A stretch of DNA of 64,000 nucleotides, taken from positions 44,540 through 108,539 of the forward strand of contig DCWA01000022.1 in the NCBI GenBank assembly GCA_002327445.1, read 5' to 3'. Both the position numbers and the translations under genes were made by a program. Under the pieces are notes generated by a model, which saw nothing but the letters and a program-made list of their open reading frames with translations, had not been told where the DNA came from and ran no database searches. Of the stretch, positions 24,696-34,200 are shown piece by piece (position 1 is the stretch's first letter; each line of letters opens with the position of its first letter). This DNA is from Desulfobacteraceae bacterium UBA2174. Lineage in GTDB: Bacteria; Desulfobacterota; Desulfobacteria; Desulfobacterales; UBA2174.

Positions 24696-26242
24696 TGTTG
24701 GACTCCTTTGGCGGAAGCGCTGTTTGCCACCGCCGGCAGGGTGAGGAGAAAAATCGTTCCCCGGCCGATCTGGCTGTCCACCGAAACGGTGCCGCCATGC
24801 TCGCGCACGATGCCATAGACCATGGGCAACCCCAGGCCCACCCCCTTGCCGTCGGTTTTGGTGGAAAAGAAGGGCTCGAAAATTTTCTGCAAATGGTCGG
24901 GGGCGATGCCGATGCCCGTATCGGCCACCTTGATCCAGACATCGCCGGATCCGTCGTCACGGCCGGCATTGATGGTCAAGGTGCCGCCATCGGGCATGGC
25001 CTCGACGGCATTGGAAATCAGATTCATCAGGCACTGCTGGATCTGGGCGTAGTCGCCGTAGATGGCAAACGGGGCGGGTGGCAGTTTCAAGTCGATGGCC
25101 ACCCCGGCCTTGTTTATCGCATGTCCGAGGAGCACCAGGATGGTCTGGACCAGTTCGATGAGGTCGAAGTATTTGGACTCGACCCCTTTTTGGCGGGCAA
25201 ACGTCAACAGGTTGTTGACGATCTTGCCGCAGCGCAAGGCTTCGCGTGCCGAGAGGTCCAGGTAGCGTTCAAATGCGGTGAGGCCCTCGGGAGGCAGGGT
25301 GTTTTCCCGGATGTGCGCCAGCATCAGCTTGTTGAAGGTGGCGATGCTGGAAATCGGATTGTTGATCTCATGGCATACGGAGGCCACGAGGCGGCCGAGG
25401 GTGACGAGGCGGTCCTCCTGGATGAAGCGCTGCAAGTCATCCTTGATGGCGCGGGCCCGGGCCTCGACATGGACGCTGACGTCTTCGGTGATGTCGCGCA
25501 CCACATCGACAAACTGCACGATTTCGCCGAAGTGGTTGACCAGCGGGTAGGTGGTGACCTGGGAGATCCGGGTGGTGCCATCAGGCATCTTGATGTTGTG
25601 CAGCGCCCGGGCGGGCCGGCCGGTCCGGGCCGCTTCGGCCAGGGCGCAGGGACGATCGGCATCGGCGCATGGCCGGCTGTCGCCGTGAATCGCCTCGAAA
25701 CAGTAGTGCCCCACGATGTTCTCGGGGCCGTTGCCCATGGTGATCAATTCGACGTTTTTACATTGAATGATCCGATAGTTGCGATCGATGAGCATCACGG
25801 CGTCCGGTGAGGCTTCCAGCAGCGCCGAGGCGAAGGACGAGGCCAGGCCGATTTCGGAAAGATGGCGGGTGTCGCCGACATCCCAGTGCAGCAGACCCAG
25901 CAGCAGCCCGGCGGCCCGGCTGTCCACCAAGGCGGTGGAGGCCGGCTTGTGGCGGGCCAGATCCGCGAGCACGTCGGAGTCGCCGGTCATTTCCAGGATC
26001 AGGTCCACGTTTCGATCGGCGCTGAGAGCCGATGGAGAATCGAGTATTTCGATCCCTTTTTCAGCGGCGATCTGACGGCACTGGGGCGTTTCACCCGTGG
26101 TGACCAGGTGGGTCAGCTTGAGCCGGACGACTTCGGACGCCGAGTGCTCGAGGCTGTGCATCACCTGCTGGCAGCGTTCGCCCCGGGCGACGACGGCAAC
26201 CTTCAGCAGCAGGGAATGCCTGTATTTGGCGGATCCGGGCAT
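24692..26242 (-). CDS. PAS sensor histidine kinase with Rossmann-like N-terminal domain
   Basis: H-box VCHEINNPIS and ATPase GVGLGLPMVYG. The PAS domain has the Cys/His motif CFEAIHGDSRPC...C. Overlaps the regulator start (ATGA). Confidence 0.85.
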
Positions 26243-26269
26243 GGGTGATGGCGGACCTTGGGAATAAGG

Positions 26270-26740
26270 TCAGTTGTCCAGCAGCTCCAGGTCGAACTGG
26301 GCCCGGATCTTGAAGACCCGGGTGGCCGGCAGGTTGTGGATCTCGGCGATTCCGGTTTCACGGCGGATGGCTTCCAGATGGGCTTCGATCTCGTTCATTG
26401 ATGGCGCGATGAAGGTGAACCAGACGTTGACGCGGTGGTCCCTCAGGTAGTTGTGGGTGACGCCCCCGTACCGGTTCACCACTGAGGCGAAGGTATCGAG
26501 GCGGTCCGGTGGCACCTCGGCGGCGCAAAGGGTGGAGACGAAGCCGACCTTGTCCGGCACGAAATTGGCGCCGATGCGTCGGATGACGTCGTCCCGCTTC
26601 AGCCGCTCCACCCGGGCGATCACCTCGCTCTCGGAGATGCCCAGCGCTTCGCCGATGGCGGCAAACGGGCGTTCGACCAGCGGAAAATCCGACTGGATGC
26701 GGTTGAGCAAGGCCCGGTCGATGTCGTCGATATCAGCCAT
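26270..26740 (-). CDS. Lrp/AsnC-fold siroheme decarboxylase subunit-like protein (AhbA/AhbB, NirD/L/G/H family)
   Basis: DRALLNRIQSDFPLVERPFAAIGEALGISESEVIARVERLKRDDVIRRIGANF is the pattern of AhbA/B-type proteins. Only one copy is present here. Confidence 0.6.
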   Translation of the reverse strand: MADIDDIDRALLNRIQSDFPLVERPFAAIGEALGISESEVIARVERLKRDDVIRRIGANFVPDKVGFVSTLCAAEVPPDRLDTFASVVNRYGGVTHNYLRDHRVNVWFTFIAPSMNEIEAHLEAIRRETGIAEIHNLPATRVFKIRAQFDLELLDN

Positions 26741-26880
26741 GATTTTTTATTTTATAACGCTTGACGTTCAAGTCCCGATGACAGCGGCGTCATGGGCAAG
26801 AAATGATCTCAACTCACGGAGTTCACCGGGGGGCCGGAGGGAAAAACATGAATTTGACATCGCCCCCGTTTCTTCTCGAA

Positions 26881-26913
26881 GTCCACCATGTCCATCAAGT
26901 CCACCTCGTCCAC
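26881..26913. repeat. 4 x 9-bp GTCCAY(NNN) tandem repeat
   Basis: GTCCAC 26881, GTCCAT 26890, GTCCAC 26899, GTCCAC 26908. Same hexamer and period as the 4807-4857 array. Confidence 0.9.
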
Positions 26914-26938
26914 GGCTGGCATCTTTTGCCCGTTCGCC

Positions 26939-27340
26939 TCATCCGTTGTCGCCAACGAAGCGGACATGCACCTGGCGCGACCGTGGGCCGTCGAATTCAC
27001 AAAAGAATATTCCCTGCCAGGTGCCAAGGACCGGTTTGCCGTCTTCCACCGCTACCCACAGGGAGGCACCGACCAGGGTCGCCTTGATATGGGCCGCCGC
27101 GTTGCCTTCCCGATGCCGGTATCCAGCCTCCCGGGGCACGATGCGCTCCAAGGCCGCCAGGATATCCGCCGCCACGTCCGGGTCGGCGCTTTCGTTGATC
27201 GTCACCGCCGCGGTGGTGTGGGGAACGAAGACCAGGCAGAACCCGTCGGTGGCGCCCATTTGCTTCAATGCACGGCCGACATCGGCGGTGATGTCGATAA
27301 ATTCCGATTTCTTTCGGGTTGTTACCTTGATGGTAGACAT
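26939..27340 (-). CDS. yjbQ: YjbQ/UPF0047 family protein (secondary thiamine-phosphate synthase fold)
   Basis: From MSTIKVTTRKKSEFIDIT: FVPHTTAAVTINE..DPDV..D and GNAAAHIKA are family signatures. Start at internal ATG 27340. Confidence 0.8.
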   Translation of the reverse strand: MSTIKVTTRKKSEFIDITADVGRALKQMGATDGFCLVFVPHTTAAVTINESADPDVAADILAALERIVPREAGYRHREGNAAAHIKATLVGASLWVAVEDGKPVLGTWQGIFFCEFDGPRSRQVHVRFVGDNG

Positions 27341-27355
27341 GACTGGGGCTCTGAA

Positions 27356-27390
27356 CGCAAAAAGGCCCTGCATTTGATGCAGAGCCTTTT
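27356..27390 (-). terminator. Rho-independent terminator after dsrC
   Basis: Minus strand reads AAAGGCTCTGCAT-CAA-ATGCAGGGCCTTT followed by TTTTG (13-bp stem, 1 mismatch). Confidence 0.8.
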
Positions 27391-27429
27391 GCCGATTTTC
27401 AGTGCGAATCTCGATGGACGCCGTTCCGA

Positions 27430-27747
27430 TCAGACGCACCCGGTCGGTTTTGGCAATCCCGCCATCTTGCAGGCTCCCTTTCCCGGTCCCGAGGGGAACA
27501 ATTCATAGATGTGCTTCAACTTGAAACCGGTGACCTTGGAAAGGACCCGAACCATGGGGGCGATACCGTTTTTCTCGTAGTACTCGCGAAGGGTCTTGAT
27601 CACCAGGCGATGCTCTTCGTTCAACTCGTCAATGCCTTCTTCCTTTTTGACGTACTGAACCCATTCCTCGGACCAGTTGGCGTAATCGTCAATGAATCCG
27701 TCTTCATCGACAGTAAAAGTCTTTCCGGAGAATTCCACTTGCGGCAT
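27430..27747 (-). CDS. dsrC: DsrC (TusE/DsrC/DsvC family) with both C-terminal-arm cysteines
   Basis: 105 aa ending ...PSGPGKGACKMAGLPKPTGCV. The penultimate Cys plus a Cys 10 residues upstream marks bona fide DsrC. Confidence 0.92.
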   Translation of the reverse strand: MPQVEFSGKTFTVDEDGFIDDYANWSEEWVQYVKKEEGIDELNEEHRLVIKTLREYYEKNGIAPMVRVLSKVTGFKLKHIYELFPSGPGKGACKMAGLPKPTGCV

Positions 27748-27808
27748 GACAACGTCCTCCTTCGATAGTGATTTTGTTTACGACTGGCATCCGGCCGATG
27801 TTTGAACC

Positions 27809-27837
27809 CTTATAAATTCATAATGTGCGATTATCAA
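27809..27837 (-). promoter_or_regulatory. Sigma-70-like promoter TTGATA-N17-TATAAG for dsrC
   Basis: Read on the minus strand: -35 at 27837-27832, -10 at 27814-27809, a counted 17-nt spacer, about 60 nt upstream of the ATG. Confidence 0.5.
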
Positions 27838-27914
27838 GCGAGTTTTTTAGCGGATATGCTCAACGAAGTCAACATGAAATTCATGCCCTCGACGCGGTTG
27901 GACCTTCCGGGGCA

Positions 27915-28757
27915 TCAATACTCCTTCGGCATTCCGTTGAGCTGCGCCAGGGTGAATACCGGGCCGTCCTTGCAGACGAAAAACTGGCCCACGTTGCAGT
28001 GGCTGCACATTCCAATGCCGCATTTCATCCGGTTTTCCAGACTCATGATGATGTTGTCATGGCCATAGCCACGGGCATCGAGCACCGGCTGGGTGAACTT
28101 GATCATGATCGGCGGACCGCAGATGATGGCATAGGTGTCCGCATCGGCTTCGGGCGCTTTCTGGTCCGTTATGGTGGGCACGAATCCCACGTTGTATTTC
28201 CAGTTGGGGTCGTTGGTGCCGTCCACGGTGATGTGCATGTGGATGTCGTCACGCGCCTCCCAGGCGGCCAGTTCGTCGCGGTAGAGCAACATGCCCGGGG
28301 TGCGGGCGCCGTAGATCACGTGAATCTGGCCGAAGCGCTGGCGGTTGGCCAGCATGTAGATGATGGAGGAGCGCAGCGTGGTGAAGGCGAAACCGCCGCC
28401 GATGATCACCACGTTCTTGCCCTCCAGGCGCTCCCAGGGGTACCAGTTTCCCAGGGGGCCGCGGATGCCCATCACGTCGCCGACCTTCATGTTGTGCAAG
28501 GCGGTGCTCACCACGCCGACCTTGTTGACGGTAAACTTCACGAAGCCCTTTTCGGTGGGCGAAGAGGCGATGCCGATGGGAATCTCCCCCTTGCCTGCGA
28601 TGGACAACTCGGCGAACTGTCCGGGATGATAGGCGAATTTTTCCTCATCGCCGGGGTTGAGGAAAGTGAATTTGAAGGTTTTTAAATTCTTGTCCTCGGT
28701 CTCGACGGTGATCTCGTCGATGCGAACCGGGTAGGGTAGATACGGATTTGGTTGCAC
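27915..28757 (-). CDS. flxA: FlxA-like FAD/NAD(P)H-binding oxidoreductase with [2Fe-2S] tail (AsrB / sulfhydrogenase-gamma family)
   Basis: 280 aa with a ferredoxin-reductase-type fold (RGPLG, VIIGGGFAFT) and C-terminal CGIGMCSHCNVG. Confidence 0.7.
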   Translation of the reverse strand: MQPNPYLPYPVRIDEITVETEDKNLKTFKFTFLNPGDEEKFAYHPGQFAELSIAGKGEIPIGIASSPTEKGFVKFTVNKVGVVSTALHNMKVGDVMGIRGPLGNWYPWERLEGKNVVIIGGGFAFTTLRSSIIYMLANRQRFGQIHVIYGARTPGMLLYRDELAAWEARDDIHMHITVDGTNDPNWKYNVGFVPTITDQKAPEADADTYAIICGPPIMIKFTQPVLDARGYGHDNIIMSLENRMKCGIGMCSHCNVGQFFVCKDGPVFTLAQLNGMPKEY

Positions 28758-28770
28758 GGGGCCCCCTTTA

Positions 28771-29835
28771 TCAAGCGACCTTGCAGGCGGCGTCTTGGCC
28801 GAAACGGTTCATCAATTGGCAAACCTTGCGGATGTCGATATTGACCGGGCAATACTGGATGCAGCGGCCGCAGCCGACGCACTGGATCCCGTCGCCGTAC
28901 TTGTCGACGTAGTACTTGAGTTTGTGCATGAAACGCTGGCGTACCCGCTGCACCTTCTGCCCCCGGGGGTTGTGACCGGAGCCGTGGAGGGTGAAGAGCG
29001 GGAACATGCAGCTGTCCCAGTTGCGCTCGCGGATGCCGTGCTTGCCGCGCACCTCGTCCTGAATGTCGAAACACCAGCAGGTGGGGCACAGGTAGGTGCA
29101 AGTGCCGCAGTTGATGCAAGAGAAGGCGATATCTTCCCAGAAATTTGCATCGTAGAGCGCCATTTGGGGAATCTCGGCCAGCCGGTCGGTTTCGACGGTG
29201 GAGGTGATTTTGGCTTCAGCGGCTTCCTTGCCCGCGGAAAAACAGCCCTCGCTGTCCGCCGGGGCTTCCGTGAACCAGCCGGCGGCGGCCAGGAATGCGG
29301 CGCCCTTGTCGGTGAGAATCTTGGCCAGATAGGCGTCACCGGCGTCCTGGAGCAGCACGTCGAGGCCCTGTTCACTGTAAGGCCCGCAGCCGGCACTGGT
29401 GCAAAAACAGGTGCTGCCCGGATGATCGCAGGCCAGGCCGATGAAGGTGGTGGCCTCGTAGTTGCGCAGCCAGTAGACGTCCTTGACATCCGGGGCGTCG
29501 AAGTTGCGGCGCACCAGCAGAAAGCTGTAGGCGTCGCAGGGCCGGATCCCCACCGCGGCGGCGGGCTTGGCCGGCGCCGGGGCTTCCTTGAGGACGTTGC
29601 CATCCGGATCATTGGGGTCCACGGTGTATTCGAAGAGGATTTCACTCTGGGGATAGACCACCGAACGGGCCGACATGCGGGTGTTGAGGCCGTCGAGGTC
29701 CGGCGCTTGTCCCGGCGCCAGAGCCGCGAAGTTGAGCATCGCGCCTTCCCTGACCGGTCCGAAGAGCCGGTAGGCCTTTTCGGCCGCTGCCAATCCCTGG
29801 GCCCATTGTGCCTTGTCGATGCGAATGTACTTCAT
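28771..29835 (-). CDS. flxB: FlxB-like iron-sulfur protein (AsrA / sulfhydrogenase-beta family)
   Basis: 354 aa with CINCGTCTYLCPTCWCF and CVGCGRCIQYCP clusters and an AsrA-like N-terminal region. Confidence 0.65.
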   Translation of the reverse strand: MKYIRIDKAQWAQGLAAAEKAYRLFGPVREGAMLNFAALAPGQAPDLDGLNTRMSARSVVYPQSEILFEYTVDPNDPDGNVLKEAPAPAKPAAAVGIRPCDAYSFLLVRRNFDAPDVKDVYWLRNYEATTFIGLACDHPGSTCFCTSAGCGPYSEQGLDVLLQDAGDAYLAKILTDKGAAFLAAAGWFTEAPADSEGCFSAGKEAAEAKITSTVETDRLAEIPQMALYDANFWEDIAFSCINCGTCTYLCPTCWCFDIQDEVRGKHGIRERNWDSCMFPLFTLHGSGHNPRGQKVQRVRQRFMHKLKYYVDKYGDGIQCVGCGRCIQYCPVNIDIRKVCQLMNRFGQDAACKVA

Positions 29836-29868
29836 GATGTTTGCGCCCTTGTCCTGGTATGGATTGGA

Positions 29869-30816
29869 TTACTTCATGAAATCCTGCGGGTCGTCGGGCC
29901 GGTAAGTGTCGAGCGGCGGACGCTGATCCAGCGACAGCCCCGCTTCCCAGCCCCACTGTTCGAAGGCTTCCTTTTCAAGTTTCTTGGTGAACACGCGCAT
30001 GTTGATGCCCATGGGACATGCCCGCTCGCAGGAGCCGCAGTCGGTGCAGCGGCCGGCGCAGTGGTAGGCCCTGAGAAAATGAAAGGTGCGCACATCCACC
30101 GGGTTCTGGCTCTTGCCGACCCACTGGGGCGTGCTCTCGTCGACGAAGCAGGTCGGACAGTAGCACAGCGGGCAGGCATTGCGGCAGGCGTAGCAGCGGA
30201 TACAAGGGGCCAGCAGGTTTTCGAAGTACGTCCACTTCTCCTCGGCGCTCATGGCCTCGATGGCACGCACGTCTTCATAGCGGTCCACGTTCTGCTGCTC
30301 CGGGACCGGATCGGCCACCAGTTCGTCATAGATCACCGGGTTGCGGTGGATGCAGACGGCGCAGTTGGCCTGGAGCATGTCCTTGCGCGGGTAGGTCTTC
30401 TCGAAGCCCGCGCCGCATACCCGGACGGACTCTCCGTCTTCCACCACCCGGGTGACTTCCCCCGGCGCCATGGCCTTGATGCGCCGCTTGTCGAGCATCC
30501 CCTTGCAGGGGACGCCGATGATGACGAGCTGCTCGCGTTTGATCTTGTTTTCGATGATATGGGTAACGATGTTGCGACTGTCACACCCCTTGGCGACCAC
30601 GGCGATCTTGTCGGTCCGGTTGGTGAGGTAGTTGGCCAGGTTGATGCCGCAGTTGCCATCCCAAATGAGGTGATCGACGTCGTCGACGTTCTTGATGAAG
30701 CAAGGCTCGTTCATCATCGGCATCGACCCGTTGCGAAACCCGATGACCGTTTCGACCCGGCAGTCCTTGAGCAGGCGCCTGGCGATGTCACGAATCTTGT
30801 CGGTATAAGCGATCAT
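29869..30816 (-). CDS. flxC: FlxC-like iron-sulfur protein
   Basis: 315 aa with CIRCYACRNACPLCYCPTCF and CTDCGSCERACP motifs. Its ATG lies 1 nt after the flxD stop. Confidence 0.6.
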   Translation of the reverse strand: MIAYTDKIRDIARRLLKDCRVETVIGFRNGSMPMMNEPCFIKNVDDVDHLIWDGNCGINLANYLTNRTDKIAVVAKGCDSRNIVTHIIENKIKREQLVIIGVPCKGMLDKRRIKAMAPGEVTRVVEDGESVRVCGAGFEKTYPRKDMLQANCAVCIHRNPVIYDELVADPVPEQQNVDRYEDVRAIEAMSAEEKWTYFENLLAPCIRCYACRNACPLCYCPTCFVDESTPQWVGKSQNPVDVRTFHFLRAYHCAGRCTDCGSCERACPMGINMRVFTKKLEKEAFEQWGWEAGLSLDQRPPLDTYRPDDPQDFMK

Positions 30817-30817
30817 G

Positions 30818-31249
30818 TCAGGCCACCTTCAGCTCTTTTTTCACGAATTTCTGGTTGGGGCCAACGGCCCGGACAGCCTCGGTCACCTTTTTGACGACAT
30901 CGACGAACTTGGTCGATTCGGCCGATGAGATCCAGGAAAAATGGACGCGGCCCGGTTCAACACCCATGTGCTCCAGCAGACTCTGCAGGAGGGCGAACTT
31001 GCGACGAGCGTAGTAATTACCTTCCAGGTAATGGCATTCGCCGGGATGTCACCCGGACACCCAAACCCCGTCGGCCCCTTCCCGCAGGGCGCCCAGGACG
31101 AATTTGGGGCTCATGCGCCCGGTGCAGGGAATCCGGATGACCCGGATGTTGGGCGGGTACTCCATCCGGCTGACCCCCGCAAGGTCGGCGGCGCCGTAGC
31201 TGCACCAGTTGCAGAGAAATGCGACAATTTTTGGTTCCCACTGAGACAT
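30818..31249 (-). CDS. flxD: MvhD/FlxD-like [2Fe-2S] protein, selenocysteine-containing (in-frame TGA at 31049-31051)
   Basis: The track ORF stops at ...GADGVWVSG. The same frame continues [43 protein letters not shown]... to the stop at 30818. The TGA replaces the Cys of the MvhD G-C-H-x-G-(D/E)-C-H-Y motif. AGGAG precedes ATG 31249. Confidence 0.8.
31016..31032 (-). other. SECIS-like hairpin 16 nt downstream of the flxD UGA
   Basis: RNA AUUACCU-GGA-AGGUAAU gives 7 complementary pairs (or 6 bp with a 5-nt loop), read directly. Confidence 0.45.
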
Positions 31250-31289
31250 TTCGAAATCTCCTTGAAGTTGCCGTTATAAAAACCGTTGC

Positions 31290-34200
31290 TCAGCTCGCCT
31301 CGTTGAGGGCGAACAGCTGGGCGAAGATCTGGTCCGTGTCGAATCCCTTGAGGCGGATCGCACCGCTGCGGCAAGAGGCCACGCAGAGCCCGCATCCCTT
31401 GCACAGCACCGGGTTGATCTCGGCCCGGCCCGGCCAGAAACGCTCAGTGGCCGCCCGGAACGAGGGCGCCGAGTACGGGCAGATCGACACGCACACCCCG
31501 CACATGCTGCAGAGGGCCGGGTTGACCTCGGCCACTTGGCCGATGGTGCTGATGTGCTGTCGCGCCAGGAGGGTGACGGCCCGGCTGGCGGCCGCCTTGC
31601 CCTGGCTGACGGCTTCGTCGATGGGCTTGGGGTAATGGGCCATGCCACAGAGGAAAACGCCGTCGGTGGCGAAATCGCAAGGCCCCAGCTTGGCGTGCTT
31701 CTCCACGAAAAAGCCGTCGTCGTTGAGCGGCAGCTTGAAAAACTGGGCCAGCGCGTTGTTGTCCGGCGCCAGAATGGCCGTTGCCAGCGAGATGAGGTCG
31801 GTGTCGATCTCCACCGGCCGTCCGAGGATCGGATCGGTGAGGCGCACCGTGAGGCGGCCGTTTTCAATGGATACCTTCGGTTTGGCCTCCAGACTGTAGC
31901 GGATGAAGATGACCCCTTTCTCCCGGGCCTCTTTGTACAGGTACTCGCGCTCGCCGTAGGTCCGGATGTCGCGGTAGAGGATGTAGACGTTGGCCTCGGG
32001 GTTGCGGGCCTTGATCGCCAGGGCGCTGTCGATGGAATGGGTGCAGCAGACCCGGCTGCAGTAGGGCCGCTCCGGTTCCCGGCTGCCGACGCACTGGATG
32101 AACACCGCCGCACCGAGTTCCTCAATGGCCGGGTCATCCGCCTTGAGCTTGGCATCCAGTTCCAGGCTGGTGACGATCCGTGAATCCTGCCCGTAGCTGT
32201 ACTCGGTGGGTACCAGGGGCACGGCGCCGGTGGCGATGATGGCCACCCCGTGTTCGATTACCTGCTCCTGAGCGCCGTTTTTCACCGTGGTCTTGAAGTT
32301 GCCCACGAATCCTTCGACGGCGCTGATCTCGCTGTTGAGGTGGGTCTGGATGTTGGGATCTCCGCTGACGTCGGCCACCAGTTGGTCGAGCCTGGCGGCG
32401 ACCGGGGCGCCGTCCGGGGTCTGGAAGAGGTGGCGGGCCTGGCCGCCGAGCAGGGCTTCGCGTTCCACCAGGTGGGTGGTATAGCCCTGGGCGCCCAGCG
32501 CCCGGGCCGCCGCCATGCCGGCGATGCCGCCGCCGATCACCAAGGCGGCCTGGTTGACGTCGAGCTGGGCCTCCTTGAGCGGCTGCATCAGGCCGACCTT
32601 GGCCACGGCCATGCGCACCAGATCCTTGGCCTTTTGGGTCGCCAGGTCGGGATTGTGCTTGTGGACCCACGAATCCTGGTTGCGGATGTTGCACATTTCG
32701 AAGAGGTACTTGTTCAACCCCGCCGCCATGAGGGTTTCCTGGAACAGGGCCTCGTGGGTCTTGGGGGTGCAGGCGGCCACCACCACCCGGTTGAGCTGCT
32801 TCTCCTTGATCACCTCCGCCATGCGGTCCTGGGTGTCCTGGGAGCAGGTGTAGAGGTTGTCGGTGGCGTATTCCACGTAGGGCAGGGTGGCGGCGTAGTC
32901 CCGCACCGATGGCACGTTAACCGTGCCGGAGATGTTGATGCCGCAGTTGCACACGAAGACCCCGATACGCGGCCGTTCGTTGAAGACGTTGACCTCGGGC
33001 ACCTTTTCGGGCACCACGGTGAGCGTGTCGCGGGCCGCGGCGAGGATCTCGCCGGCAGCGGCCGCCGCCGCACTGGCGTCCACCACGGACTGGGGGATGT
33101 CCCGCGGGCCCTGGAAGGCGCCGCAGACGAAAATCCCCGGCCGGCTGGTGGCCATGGGGGCAAACGGCGCGCTCTGGGCGAAGTGGCCCGGGGTGAGTTC
33201 GATGTCGAGGCGCTTGGCCAGTTCGACGGTCTCGGCGGCGGTCTGCAGGCCCACCGAGAGCACGATCATGTCGAAGGTCTCGGTTTTCAGCTCACCGGAT
33301 TCGGTGACGTAGCGGACCGCCAGGTCACCGGTGTCGCCGACCTTGTCGATGGTATGGACCCGGCTGCGGATAAAGCGCACCCCCTGGTCCTTGGCCTTGT
33401 TGTAGAAACGCTCGAAGTCCTTGCCGTGGGTGCGCATGTCCATGAAGAAGATGGCGCAGTCCAGGTCATCTCCGGCGTGCTCCTTGGCGATGACGGCTTC
33501 CTTGACGGCGTACATGCAGCACACCGACGAGCAGAAGCTGTTGTCGCAGCGGTTGAGATCGCGGGATCCAACGCACTGGAACCAGGCAATCTTCTTGGGT
33601 TCCTTGTGGTCGCCCAGGCGCACCAGGTGGCCGCCGGTGGGGCCGGAGGCCGACAGGAGGCGCTCCATTTCCATGGAGGTGATCACGTTGGGGAGTTTGG
33701 CGTAGGCGTAACTGTCGAATCTGGACGGGTCGAACGGCTCGAAGCCCGGCGCCAGGATCACGGCGCCCGTCTCCAGGGTGATCGTTTCCGGCTTCTGGCC
33801 GTGGGTTTCCAGGGTCACGGCGCCGGCCTTGCAGGCCGCCACGCACTGGTAGCACTCGCAGCACACCCCGCACTCCAGGCAGCGATGCGCCTCGGCCCGG
33901 GCCGTATTCTCGTCGTAGCCCCGCTGGACCTCGTTGAAGTTGGTCTTGCGCACTTCGGGCGCCAGCAGCGACATCGGATTCCGGGCGACGTGGGGCAGTC
34001 CATCGAGGGGCACGTCCTGGACCGGGGTCCAGTCGGTTCTGCGGCCGGCAAACAGGTCCTCGCCGCGGATGAAGCGGTCGATGGAAACGGCCGCTTCCTT
34101 GCCCGCGCCGATGGCCTCCACCACCGTGGCCGGACCGGTGACGGCGTCCCCGCCGGCAAAGATGTCCGGATCGCTGGTCTGCAGGGTGACCTTGTCCACC

